A DNA stretch of 64,000 nucleotides from Prorocentrum cordatum (lineage: Eukaryota), in contig CAUYUJ010000243.1 in assembly GCA_963575745.1 (NCBI GenBank), positions 1 to 64,000 of the forward strand, in the 5' to 3' direction. Below the pieces are notes generated by a model. It had not been told where the DNA came from. It was given only the letters and a program-made list of their open reading frames with translations, and did no database searches. Shown here one piece after another: positions 42,961 to 55,445 of this stretch; position 1 is the stretch's first letter, and the number at the start of each line of letters is the position of its first letter. The position numbers and the translations under genes were made by a program.

Positions 42961-44750
42961 AAATGGGTGGGGGTGACGCATGCGGGCGGCGGCACTGAGG
43001 CCTTCGGTGGAGCTCCCTATGGAGCCACGAAACGTGTGAGGGGTGTGCCGAAATGGGTGTGGGTGACGCATGCGGCCGCGGGCACTGGGGCCTTCGGTGG
43101 AGCTCCCTATGGAGCCTCGAAACGTGTGAGGGGTGTGCCGAAATGGGTGTGGGTGACGCATGCGGCCGCGGGCACTGGGGCCTTCGGTGGAGCTCCCTAT
43201 GGAGCCACGAAACGTGTGAGGGGTGTGCCGAAATGGGTGTGGGTGACGCATGCGGCCGCGGGCACTGGGGCCTTCGGTGGAGCTCCCTATGGAGCCACGA
43301 AACGTGTGAGGGGTGTGCCGAAATGGGTGTGGGTGACGCATGCGGCCGCGGGCACTGGGGCCTTCGGTGGAGCTCCCTATGGAGCCACGAAACGTGTGAG
43401 GGGTGTGCCGAAATGGGTGTGGGTGACGCATGCGGCCGCGGGCACTGGGGCCTTCGGTGGAGCTCCCTATGGAGCCACGAAACGTGTGAGGGGTGTGCCG
43501 AAATGGGTGTGGGTGACGCATGCGGCCGCGGGCACTGGGGCCTTCGGTGGAGCTCCCTATGGAGCCACGAAACGTGTGAGGGGTGTGCCGAAATGGGTGT
43601 GGGTGACGCATGCGGCCGCGGCACTGGGGCCTTCGGTGGAGCTCCCTATGGAGCCACGAAACGTGTGAGGGGTGTGCCGAAATGGGTGTGGGGGACGCAT
43701 GCGGCCGCGGGCACTGGGGCCTTCGGTGGAGCTCCCTATGGAGCCACGAAACGTGTGAGGGGTGTGCCGAAATGGGTGTGGGTGACGCATGCGGCCGCGG
43801 GCACTGGGGCCTTCGGTGGAGCTCCCTATGGAGCCACGAAACGTGTGAGGGGTGTGCCGAAATGGGTGTGGGTGACGCATGCGGCCGCGGCCACTGGGGC
43901 CTTCGGTGGAGCTCCCTATGGAGCCACGAAACGTGTGAGGGGTGTGCCGAAATGGGTGTGGGTGACGCATGCGGCCGCGGGCACTGGGGCCTTCGGTGGA
44001 GCTCCCTATGGAGCCACGAAACGTGTGAGGGGTGTGCCGAAATGGGTGTGGGTGACGCATGCGGCCGCGGGCACTGGGGCCTTCGGTGGAGCTCCCTATG
44101 GAGCCACGAAACGTGTGAGGGGTGTGCCGAAATGGGTGTGGGTGACGCATGCGGGCGCGGGCACTGGGGCCTTCGGTGGAGCTCCCTATGGAGCCACGAA
44201 ACGTGTGAGGGGTGTGCCGAAATGGGTGTGGGTGACGCATGCGGGCGCGGGCACTGGGGCCTTCGGTGGAGCTCCCTATGGAGCCACGAAACGTGTGAGG
44301 GGTGTGCCGAAATGGGTGTGGTGACGCATGCGGCCGCGGGCACTGGGGCCTTCGGTGGAGCTCCCTATGGAGCCACGAAACGTGTGAGGGGTGTGCCGAA
44401 ATGGGTGTGCGGCCGCGGGCACTGGGGCCTTCGGTGGAGCTCCCTATGGAGCCACGAAACGTGTGAGGGGTGTGCCGAAATGGGTGTGGGTGACGCATGC
44501 GGCGCGGGCACTGGGGCCTTCGGTGGAGCTCCCTATGGAGCCACGAAACGTGTGAGGGGTGTGCCGAAATGGGTGTGGGTGACGCATGCGGCGCGGGCAC
44601 TGGGGCCTTCGGTGGAGCTCCCTATGGAGCCACGAAACGTGTGAGGGGTGTGCCGAAATGGGTGTGGGTGACGCATGCGGCGCGGGCACTGGGGCCTTCG
44701 GTGGAGCTCCCTATGGAGCCACGAAACGTGTGAGGGGTGTGCCGAATGGG
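42961..44750. repeat. 90-bp tandem array, ~20 nearly identical units
   Basis: Unit AAATGGGTGTGGGTGACGCATGCGGCCGCGGGCACTGGGGCCTTCGGTGGAGCTCCCTATGGAGCCACGAAACGTGTGAGGGGTGTGCCG. Confidence 0.98.
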
Positions 44751-44870
<120 letters not shown>

Positions 44871-46085
44871 GGAGGGGGGAGGAGGCAGCGGGAGGAAGGA
44901 AGGAAGGAAGGAAGGAAGGAAGGAAGGAGAACGCGGGGCACCGTCTCTTCAAAACGAGGACCCAACACCACAGGATGGTTGGGAACTTACGTTGGACACA
45001 ACCACTATCCGTACGTCTAGAAACGGATCAGCCGCAAGACGACGGTGGTCAAATACGCCACATGCAATATGGAGACAAATATTATCAAAGGACGCCCTGC
45101 GGGAAAGCCATACAACGTGTCAATATACTGAATTGCTCAGTGGAATGTACTGAAGCATTCGTTGAACCAGCATCCAGAAGTGTAAACCAATAGCTCAGAG
45201 AAAGATACGCTCAGCTGCCAGTCCTGAACCTTCGCTCGGGAAGCAACGCCAAGCGCATCGCGACCGGCCGCCAGGCATCCCGAGGATACAAATCCCACCA
45301 GCCGTCTGTGAGGAGGTTGTTTCGAGAGACCTCTCCTCCAACCCCCTCCTTCCCTCTCGGGGAGGGGTGTACCTCTCGTTTGCCCGCACGCCAGAAGATC
45401 CCACCCACCCAACCTGGCTAGCGAAGCCTCCTGGGGGCCTCCCGAAAGCGGCTCGAGGGCCAGGCCCAGTTGGAAGTTTCCCGAGGGCTTCTGGGGACCT
45501 CTGGACATCCTCTGTCGGGCCTCTCGCGGCCATCCTGGTGCTGGCCAGTTGTGAAGTGTACCACGATTGAATGTTACAGTTGGAAGGCTTGGGACCGTCC
45601 TGGGTTTCTCCGGGGCTGTATTGGGCATCGCTTGGGTCGCTTCTGGGGCCCTGTTGGGCCGTCTTGGGAACACTTTGGGGCTCTCTTGCGCCCCGAAGAC
45701 CGGGAAGGCGAGCACGGTCACTGAGTGTCGCTAAACCGATCCCCATCCCCAGCGGCGTGGCCTGGGCCCCACCGGCCAATTTACCCCCTAGATGGGGATA
45801 TAGGTCGTTCCCGTCGGGTTTCGAGGGGTGTATCCCCAACTGGGGTGTTAATTTGGCGGGGGTCTCGAAAGGGATGGGATGGGGATGGGAATCGGTTAAA
45901 CGATACTGAGTAACGTCACCTGCCCAAGGCGGGATCCATCCCACCACCGGCGCAGTCGCCCGCGGAGACTCGAGGGGGCCCGTCCGCCTCGTCAAGGGGA
46001 ACACCGTCCTGAGAGGGTTGAAGGGGCCCTGGGAGACACACAAATAAATAAACACAAATAACAAGATTCCCCATATTGTCCCATA

Positions 46086-47313
46086 TTACCCAACCATCCT
46101 GTGGTGTTGGGTCCTTGGTTTGAGGAGACGGTGCCCCGCGCTCCTCTCCTCTCCCCCTCGTCTCCTTCTCCCCCTCCTCCTTCCTCCTCCCTCCCCCCCT
46201 CCTTGCCTCTGCCTTCCGCATGTCCATGCCTACACACCCCTCACGCGTTTCGTGACCCCATAGGGAGCTCAACCGAATACCCCAATGGCGGTGTCCACAT
46301 GCGTCCGCGCCACCCATTTCGGCGAACCCCTCACGCGTTTCGTCGCCCCATAGAGAGCTCCACCGAAGGCCCCAGTGGCGGTGTCCACAGGCGTCCGCGC
46401 CACCCATTTCGGCGCACCCCTCACACGTTCCGTGGCCCATAGGGAGCTCCACCGAAGGCCCCAGCGGCGGTGTCCACACGCGTCCGCGCCATTCCTTCCG
46501 GCGCACCCCTCACACGTTTCGTGGCCCCATCGAGAGCTCCACCGAAGGCCCCAGTGGCGGTGTCCACATGCGTCCGCGCCATCCATTTCGGCGCACCCCT
46601 CACACGTTCCGTGGCCCATAGGGAGCTCCACCGAAGGCCCCAATGGCGGTGTCCACATGCGTCCGCGCCAGCAATCTCGGCGCACCACTCACACGTTTCG
46701 TGGCCCATCTGGAGCTCCACCGAAGGCCCCAGTGGCGGTGTCCACATGCGTCCGCACCACCCAATTCGGCGCACCCCTCACACGTTTCGTGGCTCCACCG
46801 AAGGCCCCAGTGGCCGGTGTCCACATGCGTCCGCCCAATCCATTTCGTCACACCCCTAACACGAGTCGAGCACCCATAGAGAGCTCCACCAAAGCCCCAG
46901 TGGTGGTGTCCACACTACGTCCGCACCATGCATTTCGGCGCACCCCTCACACGTTCCGTGGCCACAGAGAGAGCTCCACCGAAGGCCCCAGTGGCGGTGT
47001 CCACATGCGTCCGCGCCACACATTTCGGCGCACCCCTCACACGATTCCTGGCCCCATACAAAGCTCCACCGAAGGCCCCCACGACGGTGTCCACATGCGT
47101 CTGCGCCACCCATTTCGGCGCACCCCTCACATGTTTCGTGGCCCCACATGGAGCTCCACCGAAGGCCCAAACGGCGGTGTCCACATGTGTCCGCGCCACC
47201 AATTTCAGCGCGCCCCTCACACGTTTCGTGACCCCATACAGAGCTCCACCGATGATTGTATTCACAACTGCAGTACTCTCAACTGCATATGGTTGGTTCC
47301 TTCGCCAGGCTAA
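46086..47313 (+). mobile_element. Non-autonomous HINE-like element (element B), same family as A, opposite orientation, ~11 diverged ~90-bp units
   Basis: Starts TTACCCAACCATCCTGTGGTGTTGGGTCC and ends ATGGTTGGT-TCCTTCGCCAGGC-TAA. It splits a dispersed repeat whose uninterrupted form is at ~47895-48045. Confidence 0.75.
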
Positions 47314-47894
47314 TTTCTGGGCTATTGACTTCCCCCCAATCCCAACATTTTCTCATATTTTCTGGGAAATCGACAATTCATGGTGTCTGTGTTTTTTCCC
47401 TCCTGAAGGGTGTTGGGGGGGATTTCAAGGATTTCCGCCATCACGCAGTGATATGCAGGCATGCACGCTCAGGATTCGTGGTGCAGACCGCGGGCTAATT
47501 AACCTGTCGCGGTACTCGCGTCGGGCCTTGGTGATCAGATGTGGGCGGCCTGGGAGTCCCAGGCCCCTGAGCTGGGCCTGGCCGAAGAAACCACAGGAGC
47601 CGCACAACCACACACCAAGGAACCAAGGAATTGGTGAAACCGCAAGGCGTCGGTGGGGTGCGCCCAACCGCCCGCCAGGTGTAAAATTCGCCCCGGGGGA
47701 ACTTGGGTGTTAGAGGGCTGTGCTTGGCCCAAAACGGCTCCAAGATAGGCTCCAAGCTTGCACCTGGATGGCCCAGGGCGGCCCCAGGCGTGCACCAAGG
47801 CGGCCAGAGGTGCGGCCCGGGAGCCTCCTGGGGATGCCCGAAAGGCCGAACTGCTCCAACAACCTCAAGATGCTCCAATAACGTATGAAGACGC

Positions 47895-48045
47895 CCTGGG
47901 GCACACAAATAAATAGGCACAAATCCCAGGATTCCCAACATTTTTCCACATGTTCTGGGTTTTCGTCTCCCCCCCAATTCACACATTTTCCATATTTTCC
48001 CCGGGGTCGACGATTACTTGTGCTTGTGTTTTTCCCCTCCTGAAT
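47895..48045. repeat. Dispersed repeat; related pieces at 46028-46087 + 47314-47407, ~54834-54885 and ~55590-55658
   Basis: Shared CACACAAATAAA..ACAAATCCCAGG and CATATTTTC..GG..TCGA..ATT..TGTG..GTGTTT..CCCTCCTGA. Confidence 0.75.
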
Positions 48046-48299
48046 GTGTGCCTTTTCGTTGCGCAAGGGGCTCCCGCGCAGGCGCGGGTGGCGGCCGCAG
48101 CGCCGCCGGCAGCGGCAGCGGAGCCAGCGGCACCAGCTCCGAGGGCTCAGGGGGCGGCGGGCGCTCCACCCCAGGGCGCGGCGCCCCCGGCCGGCGCGGA
48201 GGAGCTCTACGAGATCCTCCGGCTTGCGGGCTGGGGGAGCTCCACAGTGGAGCACCTGCTGGGCGGCGGGACCTACCTGGTCCGGCGCGGGCAAGGCAA

Positions 48300-49613
48300 G
48301 GCTGGCCACGCCTGAGGGCGGCGGGCTGGCGCCACTACGCCCCCCCAGACCAGGCCAGCGAGCCGCCGAGCTCGGACGGCGCTGACAGCGATGGCGCCGA
48401 CCTCCAGGCGGCGTACGACGCCCTGGACGTCTGGGCCGTCACCAAGCTCGGCTCGGCGCGAGCCTGGGCGGACGCCGACGAAGCGGGCCACGGCGACGCC
48501 GCGGAGCCTGCTGGACCCAGCGCGGGGCAGCCGGCCGCTGCCTCACCAGCAACAGGCTCGGCTGCAGCCGCCCCGGGCGCGGCTAGCTCACGCGGCGCCG
48601 CGGCGAGCGCTTCCCCCGGCGGGGAGGCGGCCCGCGGCGAGCTGAGCGGCGAGGCGGCGCGCGCGCCAGCTGCGCGACAAGCAGCGGCTGCCCCCCGCGC
48701 CGCGAGCGGACGAGCGGCGAGCGCCCCCCCTGCGGGAGCGGCCCGCCCCGCTGCGGCGGCGGCTGCGGCGAGCTTCGCGGCGAGCGCCCCAGGGGCGGCC
48801 CGCGGAGCCGCCGACTCGGGAGCGGACGGCAGCTGGGACGGCCCCGCGGCCGGCGCCGCGGCGAGCGCTTCCGCGACGGAAGCGGCCCGCGGCGCCGCGA
48901 GCGCGGACACCGCTCCCGAGGGCGCGGCGAGCGCCCCCAGGGCGAGGGCGGCCCGCAGCCGCGGCGCCGCGGACGCGGCTGCCGCCCCCGAGGGCGCGGG
49001 CGCGGCGAGCGCCCCCGGCGCTGCCAGGGCGGCCCTCGGCCCCGCTGGGCGAGGGCGGCTCGGAGGGTTTCCTGCCCGCCCGGAGAGCCGCGCCGAGGCG
49101 GCCTGGACGCCAGCCGCCGCAGCCACGGGCCGCGGCCGGCAGCGCTTGGCCCGGGAGGCCACCCGCCGGGTTGCGGCTGGCGCAGGCGGCGCCGGGCGCC
49201 TGGGCGAGGAGGCGGCGGCCGGCGCCGGCGGCGCAGCGGCGGCGCGCGCCGCCACGCCGCCCGCGAACGCCTCCCCGCCGCGGGGGAGGGCGGCCGGCGC
49301 TGGCGCTGGCACGGACTCCGCGGAGAGCGGCGACGAGGCCGCCCTCGAGCTCGCCTACGCGGAACTGCGGGACGCGGCGCGCGCCCGCGTGCGCGAGGGA
49401 GGCTGGGCGATGGCGCGGGAAGTTGCGTCATTGCTGCAGGTCTCCCTGCGGGGCCTCAGCTTCCGCGAGGCCACGGCTCGGCTCGCGGAGGCGGCTGGGG
49501 CGCTCGCCAGGCACGAGCTGGCGGCCGCCGTTGCGCGCGGGCGCATGCTGCAGGCTGCCGCCGCTGGGGCCGCGGCGGCCCCGCTGGCCGCTGGGCCAGC
49601 CGCGGCGGCCTAG
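48300..49613 (+). CDS. Possible Ala-rich low-complexity protein of unknown function
   Basis: Open frame with internal AASA repeats, bounded by two similar acidic-helical blocks (DSDGADLQAAYDAL and ESGDEAALELAYAEL). Extreme GC content makes the open frame weak evidence. Confidence 0.3.
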   Translation, partial: GWPRLRAAGWRHYAPPDQASEPPSSDGADSDGADLQAAYDALDVWAVTKLGSARAWADADEAGHGDAAEPAGPSAGQPAAASPATGSAAAAPGAASSRGAAASASPGGEAARGELSGEAARAPAARQAAAAPRAASGRAASAPPAGAARPAAAAAAASFAASAPGAARGAADSGADGSWDGPAAGAAASASATEAARGAASADTAPEGAASAPRARAARSRGAADAAAAPEGAGAASAPGAARAALGPAGRGRLGGFPARPESRAEAAWTPAAAATGRGRQRLAREATRRVAAGAGGAGRLGEEAAAGAGGAAAARAATPPANASPPRGRAAGAGAGTDSAESGDEAALELAYAELRDAARARVREGGWAMAREVASLLQVSLRGLSFREATARLAEAAGALARHELAAAVARGRMLQAAAAGAAAAPLAAGPAAAA

Positions 49614-52600
49614 GGCTGTCTGGCGCGGCGCGCCGCCAGCGGCCTGGCGCGGCCGGGCAGCCGCTGGGCTGCTGAGCGGAGCCGGGCGCGGCTCCTGCGG
49701 CCCTCCCCGCCCCTCCCTCCCTCCCCCTTTTGCTTTCCCCCTTTCCCCCTAAGTCGCCACGGGGCGCACCCCTCTTCGGCTGGTAAAAAAAAGTGTGCCT
49801 TTTCGTTGTGTGGCTTCCGATGGCCCTCTAGGGCCTCAGGATGGCTACAAAATCCGCCCAACAGGGCAGGGCTCGGAACGCAGCCAGGAAGGTTACGAGA
49901 TTGCACCAGAAGAGCTCCTCCTCCTATTCCTCCTCCTCCTCCTCCTCCTCCTCCTCCTCCTCCTCCTCCTCCTCCTCCTCCCCCTCCCCCTCCTTCCTCC
50001 TCCTCCTCCTCCTGCTCCTCCTCCTCCTCCTCCTCCTCCCCCTCCTCCCAGGAAGGGCCACAAACTTACGCGAAACAAAAAAAACGAGAGCGCCCCCCCG
50101 GGCGCCCCGCTCCGAGAGGGCGCCCCTGTCGGGTTCCCGCGCCGGGGCTCCAGCCTTGGCCCCCTGCTTCCCGGACCCCCGACGCCGTGATGTTTCAATA
50201 GCGTTGCCCCCCAGGGGGCCTCGACCCTGACCTTCCAGGAGGGCAAAAAAATAGCACGCGACTTAAAAACCTATCCCAGAGCTATTCTACGTCTTGGTTT
50301 TAGGCTGTTTCGTTCAGTTTTTTACGTTTTTAGGTCTCCAGTGCTAAAAAATAGCTCTCTGGAAGGTCAGGGGACCCGTTCCCCGGGACCACATTTCCAC
50401 CCCCGGACCGTTTTAGGACGTTCCCGGGGGCCGACAAGAGCGAAGCACCTTCCGTTGTGATTTTGTTCAGGACTTGATGGGGTCTGGGATCTGTGCTCGA
50501 TGTCCTCCAAAATGGTCCAACAGAGTACACGGCATGCCCCCAGGCCCCCTGGGAGGGCCCCGAGAGAGCCCCTGCGCGGCCCCCGAGACGCCCCAGCACC
50601 ACATCCCCAGCTCCCCGCTGGCCTCCGCGACGGCACCAGGGCGGCTTCAGGGAGCCCCAGTGCCCACGAACTCAGGGCAACTGCGCATGTACTATGACTG
50701 CGCGGTCGTCTCCCTCAATGCACCCGTTCCGCTCCCAAGCGCTATCCTCCAAGGAAATGGCGATCCTGTGAAAACAGACTCCGCCGCCCACAGACCCGTG
50801 CCAAACATGCCGAAGTGTGGCCAGGGCAGCTGTTGCTTCAACCTGGCGGCTGCCATAACATTCTTTCCTCTACAGGGGGTCGGCAGTTCGAATGGCTTAC
50901 GCATGCCTAATGAGTCCGCACACCCACTGGGCTGAGGGTCGGGTGTGACTCAACCCCGAGGGCTCCTTCCAGGGCTTGAGCCCTCCTTCTCCCCCCATCC
51001 GCCATTCCGCTGCCCAGCTTTGCGCCATCCCCTTTCTGGAGCCCAGGGCAGCCCAACGACGGCGTGCAAGACGAGGTCGCACCCCACATCGTTCCCCCAA
51101 ACCCTTTCGAAATCGGTGCTTGCTCCATGCTGGCTCCTCCTGGGTCTCCTCGGCCTCCAAGTACGGAATTGGACGCCCGAAATGGGTACGGAAAACATGG
51201 GCACAATGCCCAACAACAAATGTTGTCCCGAACCAATAGCGGCCGCTGTTGGGCAGGCGGCCTTCTGTCTCAAATGGACACAGGCCGCGGCGGCGCGGAC
51301 AGCGAATCCTGTTCAAAGAGAGCAGAAACTGTTGCTGGGCATTGTACCAATTCTTTCCGTACCCATTTCGTTCGTGCCGAACGGACATCTCGACCACGCG
51401 GGGCACCTTATCCGGCCCGACTACGCCGAGAACCCGGGATCCTCACGCGCAGTTATGGCACAACCCTTCACAGCTTCAAGCTGCTCGCCCCGCCGCGCGT
51501 CGCCGAGGGACCTGATTTTTATCGGCACCTCGGGCTCGACCGAGGAATCTCAAAATATGGAAGTTTCTCCGCCATTCTGGATGGAATCTGAGACCATTCA
51601 GGATGGAAGCTTCTCCGCCACTTTGGATGGAAACTTCCCCGCCATTCTGGACGGGATCTGGGGCCATCTGGTCGGTGGTTCTGGGTCCCACTGGGGCCCC
51701 TTGGGGGGCAAAGCCGGCCGCAGCGCGGGCCTGAATGTACGTAATGGAACTCGGGCTGGCCTCGCGCCGCGCGCTGGGGGTGTTGCCAGGCCGCCGCGGG
51801 GGAACACCGGGCCGCTTCCCAGCCATCTCTCGCCTCGTCTCGCCTCCGACTGCGGGCAGGCAGCGAGGTTCCAGAGAGCCCCCCTCTGCAACTGGTCCGG
51901 TGTCCCTAAGGGCTTGTCGACTTTTCGCCGATCGACTTGTGGGGAGCGAGCCAGAAAAATCCATGTAAATGCAAATAAATCGAGGTTAATCCAAATAAAT
52001 CCCGGCAAATCGAAACAAATCCGGGTAAATCCAAAGATCTCCGAGGAAAGGTGAAGCAACTCGCGGCCGCTCCAGCGCGAGTCGAAGGACGGCAGAAGTC
52101 GTTAAGCCTTTAACGACGGTGGTACTGATAACGGGCCCGACGGTCAGCCGATGACCTGACGGTCGGTCGGTCTCACGGCACACCTGACGGTCCAATCGGA
52201 GATGGAATGGGGCGGAGCAAACAGCGTGGGGAGGGGTACAAAGACACGGTTGGTCGGAGTGTATTCATCCCGTCTTGGGGTTCATCTTCGGCCCTTCCAG
52301 CGAAAGCCAGGATGGGCGGGCAGTGAACGAGAAACGTGAGGGAAATGGATGGGGGGAACGGCTCAGGAGGAAACATCGACCCGGAATCAGCGGTGTGTCG
52401 CCGACCGATCGGCGGTAGGCCCCTGACACCGAGACAGCTCGTTGTCATGCGGGGTGGGTCATCGGGCCCCTATCGGCGATTAGTGGGCGATGAAGTGTCG
52501 ATGCCTTCCCCCTCTTGAGAATACCCCCCCTGATGTTGCCCCCGAGAGCGTCTTGACCCAAGCCTACCCTAGAAGTGCAGGCGCCACTCTGGGGGACAAG

Positions 52601-54977
52601 TCCTGCGGAGGTCGCGGCCCATGCGTTGGGCGAACGCGTGAGGGATGGCGACGACGACGACCACCCCCCCCCCCCTCTTCTCGCTCTCTGACCTCCCTCC
52701 CCTCCTCTCCCCCTTCTTCCCTCACCCTCCAGCCTCCGCCATCTTCTGGATGAGGTCGTTCCCGCAGGTGTGGATCACCACCAATGTCTCGGGCGTCCCA
52801 GCCATACGCAGGGGCAAGGGGGAGGTGGATCGGAAGGGAGAGGGTGTGAGGAAGACCACGATAATGAGGGAGGGTGACAAGGAGGGAGGATCCGGCCGAG
52901 GTGGATCACCACAGGGAGGAAAGAGCAAGAGCGATACTATCACCCGCACTCTGGGCGTGAGAACGCTTTCTCTTGGAGCCCCGGTCTCCCTCCTCGGGGA
53001 GGGGCGCGCAAATGCCGTGTATTAATACATTCCCTTCCCCACCCTCGACCGGCCGCGACCCAGAACCCATGCGCCCGCCCACCACTCTGGACCAAGAACA
53101 TGTACAGCGTAGGCGTGGCGTCAGACGCCAGTCCGTGAGCGGGCACCGCGCGGTCATATTACGTAGATATTTCACGTGGACGGCGGGGACGGGATCACAT
53201 CTGTCCGCTGCGCGACCACCTACGACGACTTCCGGGCACCTTGGGCCCTTCGGGCCCCTTGGGCACCGTTTGCGCGCGTGGCGCACCTGGCACGTGAGGC
53301 GCACCTCGCAAACACGGGGCGCCTGGCGTCTGGATTGGTTCCCAATGGCTATCTATCTGATGGCGGCGTCTGCCCATCAATTTCGCCCAACCGATTCCCC
53401 ATACAGGCCCAAACGTCCACAAAAGCCCCGAATAGCGCTGAAAAGGCGCCCCAAGACAGCCCCACAACACAAATCTTCTGACACCGATGGGGGAACCGCA
53501 ATTAAAGCTACCCTCTTCTTAAGCCAATGAACGCCAAGATGAACTCTAGAGTGCCGTCAGTGCCTCAAACTGGCCCCCAGACAGCCCCAAAAAGGTCCAA
53601 TAATGCCTCGCATCCTGCGCGGCGCGACTCACGCCCTACAATAATGTAGAACTCGATGTGCCGAATCTGACTACATGCTAGAAAGGGCGAGGGTGGCCAA
53701 AGCTGGAAGTCTTGTAGGCCTGGGTGCTAGTTGTGAGCTTCAGGGGGCTGGGCCTGGGTGCTAGGCTTACCTGAAGCACAGGAATCCAAGCAACACCATC
53801 TCCATCCCCTTCCCCCTCAATCCTTTCTCCGTGCAAGTGACTCCTCCCTGTCGCGCCCATGACGCGTTGGAGGGGCGGGCTGGGAGCTTCGACTGAGACT
53901 TCAACACAAGTTATAAAATCCTGAAGCTTGATAGTTACAACAGTTTGAAATATGAAGGATATTTTGTTTGCAAACTGTAGCTCTTGGTTTAGCACCACGC
54001 ATAGTCGGTTTCAAAAGGTTGCAACAATGTAAAGGATGGGGAACGGTTACTTTGCGAAACAAGTAACGTTTGCCCTAACACTGCGCACAATCGACTTGAC
54101 TGTTTGCGGCGATCTCAAACACGGAGAGCGGCTTGTGTTCACAATGTCTGTGTCGCTTTAGTGCCGCGCGAATTTGTTCAAACAGTTTGTAACATGTTCA
54201 AAGATGCAGGGCGGTTCCTGCTCGATATGTGGCACTCGCACTAGGGCCGCGAACATTCGTCTTGAATGTTTGCAGCAATTTCGAGGATTCGTGTCAGGCG
54301 GGGTCTTCTGGCACAGTTCGGGGTGATAAGAACGCCACAGTCACGTTGACTCGCGGTCTTGACATGCCAGGAATTGCGTTCTGAATAGCTTTAGGATTGC
54401 CAGGACGACTCAGTTACCTCGATTCGCGCCACTGATGTCCCCAAAATTGTGCTTTGGCACGAGTGAGCATTGTCAGACGAATGTCTCCAAATGCGGCACT
54501 TCCCGCAATGAGCATCGAGTCTTGTAGGGATCTGTGAGGAGGCAAATCAGCGGGAGGGTGTACTGCAACATCGCTGATGCGCGTCGGGCTTACACTGGTC
54601 CTCGCCCTTCTCCTCCTGAGAGGCAACGATGGCGGGGAACGGGCTCGGGCGGGGAACATCGGCCTGAAAGCGGTGCTGCATCACGTCGTCGGCGATGGCC
54701 CCCGATGGCGAGTCCGCACGGCCCAGGGCGGGGCGTGCTGTTGGGGCCCATAATTACCAGCGACGCCTGTGCAATTCGGGGTCGACACATCCCACCCTGA
54801 GCCTCTACCCCCGGCCAATGTAAATAAAGGGGCCCAGGGACACACAACTAAAAGCTACAAATCCCAGGGTCCCCCATATTTTCTGATACCCGTACGACCG
54901 AAGGAGGTTGGGGGGGGATTGAGATCAAATGCCCACCCTGACTGACCCCTTGCCTGTCACCTTGATCCCATCTCTCT

Positions 54978-55112
54978 CTTGGATAAGATGAGATAAGATG
55001 GATTGGATTGGACAAGATAAAATGTATTGGATTGGATAAGATGGATTAGATACGATAAGATGAATTGGATTGGACAAGATGGATTGGATAAGATAAGCTG
55101 GATTGGATAAGA
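54978..55112. repeat. Degenerate 5-bp-period repeat (GGATT/GGATA/AGAT.)
   Basis: Directly visible. Confidence 0.85.
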
Positions 55113-55174
55113 AAGCCCGCCGCAGGCGACGAAACAAATGAATTATGCAATTAGCGACATGCGTTAGCGCCGGG

Positions 55175-55445
55175 AAGCCCGGGACACCCGGGACACCCCA
55201 GACACCGCCCGGCCCAACTGCAGGGACACCTCACGGCCACCGGCGGACCGGAAACAGACTTTCGCTCATACTGACACCCGGGACACCCGGGACACCGCCC
55301 AGCCCAACTGGGACACCTCCTGGCCACCGGCGGACGGGAAACGAACTTTCGCTCATGCTGACACCCGGGACACCCGGTACACCGCCCGGCCCAACCGGGA
55401 CACCTCCCAGCCACCGGCGGACGGGAACGGACTTTCGCTCAAACT
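55175..55445. repeat. ~87-bp tandem repeat x3 with internal GGGACACCC sub-repeats
   Basis: GACACCCGGGACACC..GGCCCAAC..GGCCACCGGCGGAC..ACTTTCGCTCA repeated three times. Confidence 0.9.

Noticed and set aside
42961..44750. Regular 90-bp array resembling a CRISPR array, with long repetitive ORFs across it
   Set aside because: Units are identical end to end with no unique spacers and no cas genes. The ORFs are by-products of a stop-poor 90-bp unit.
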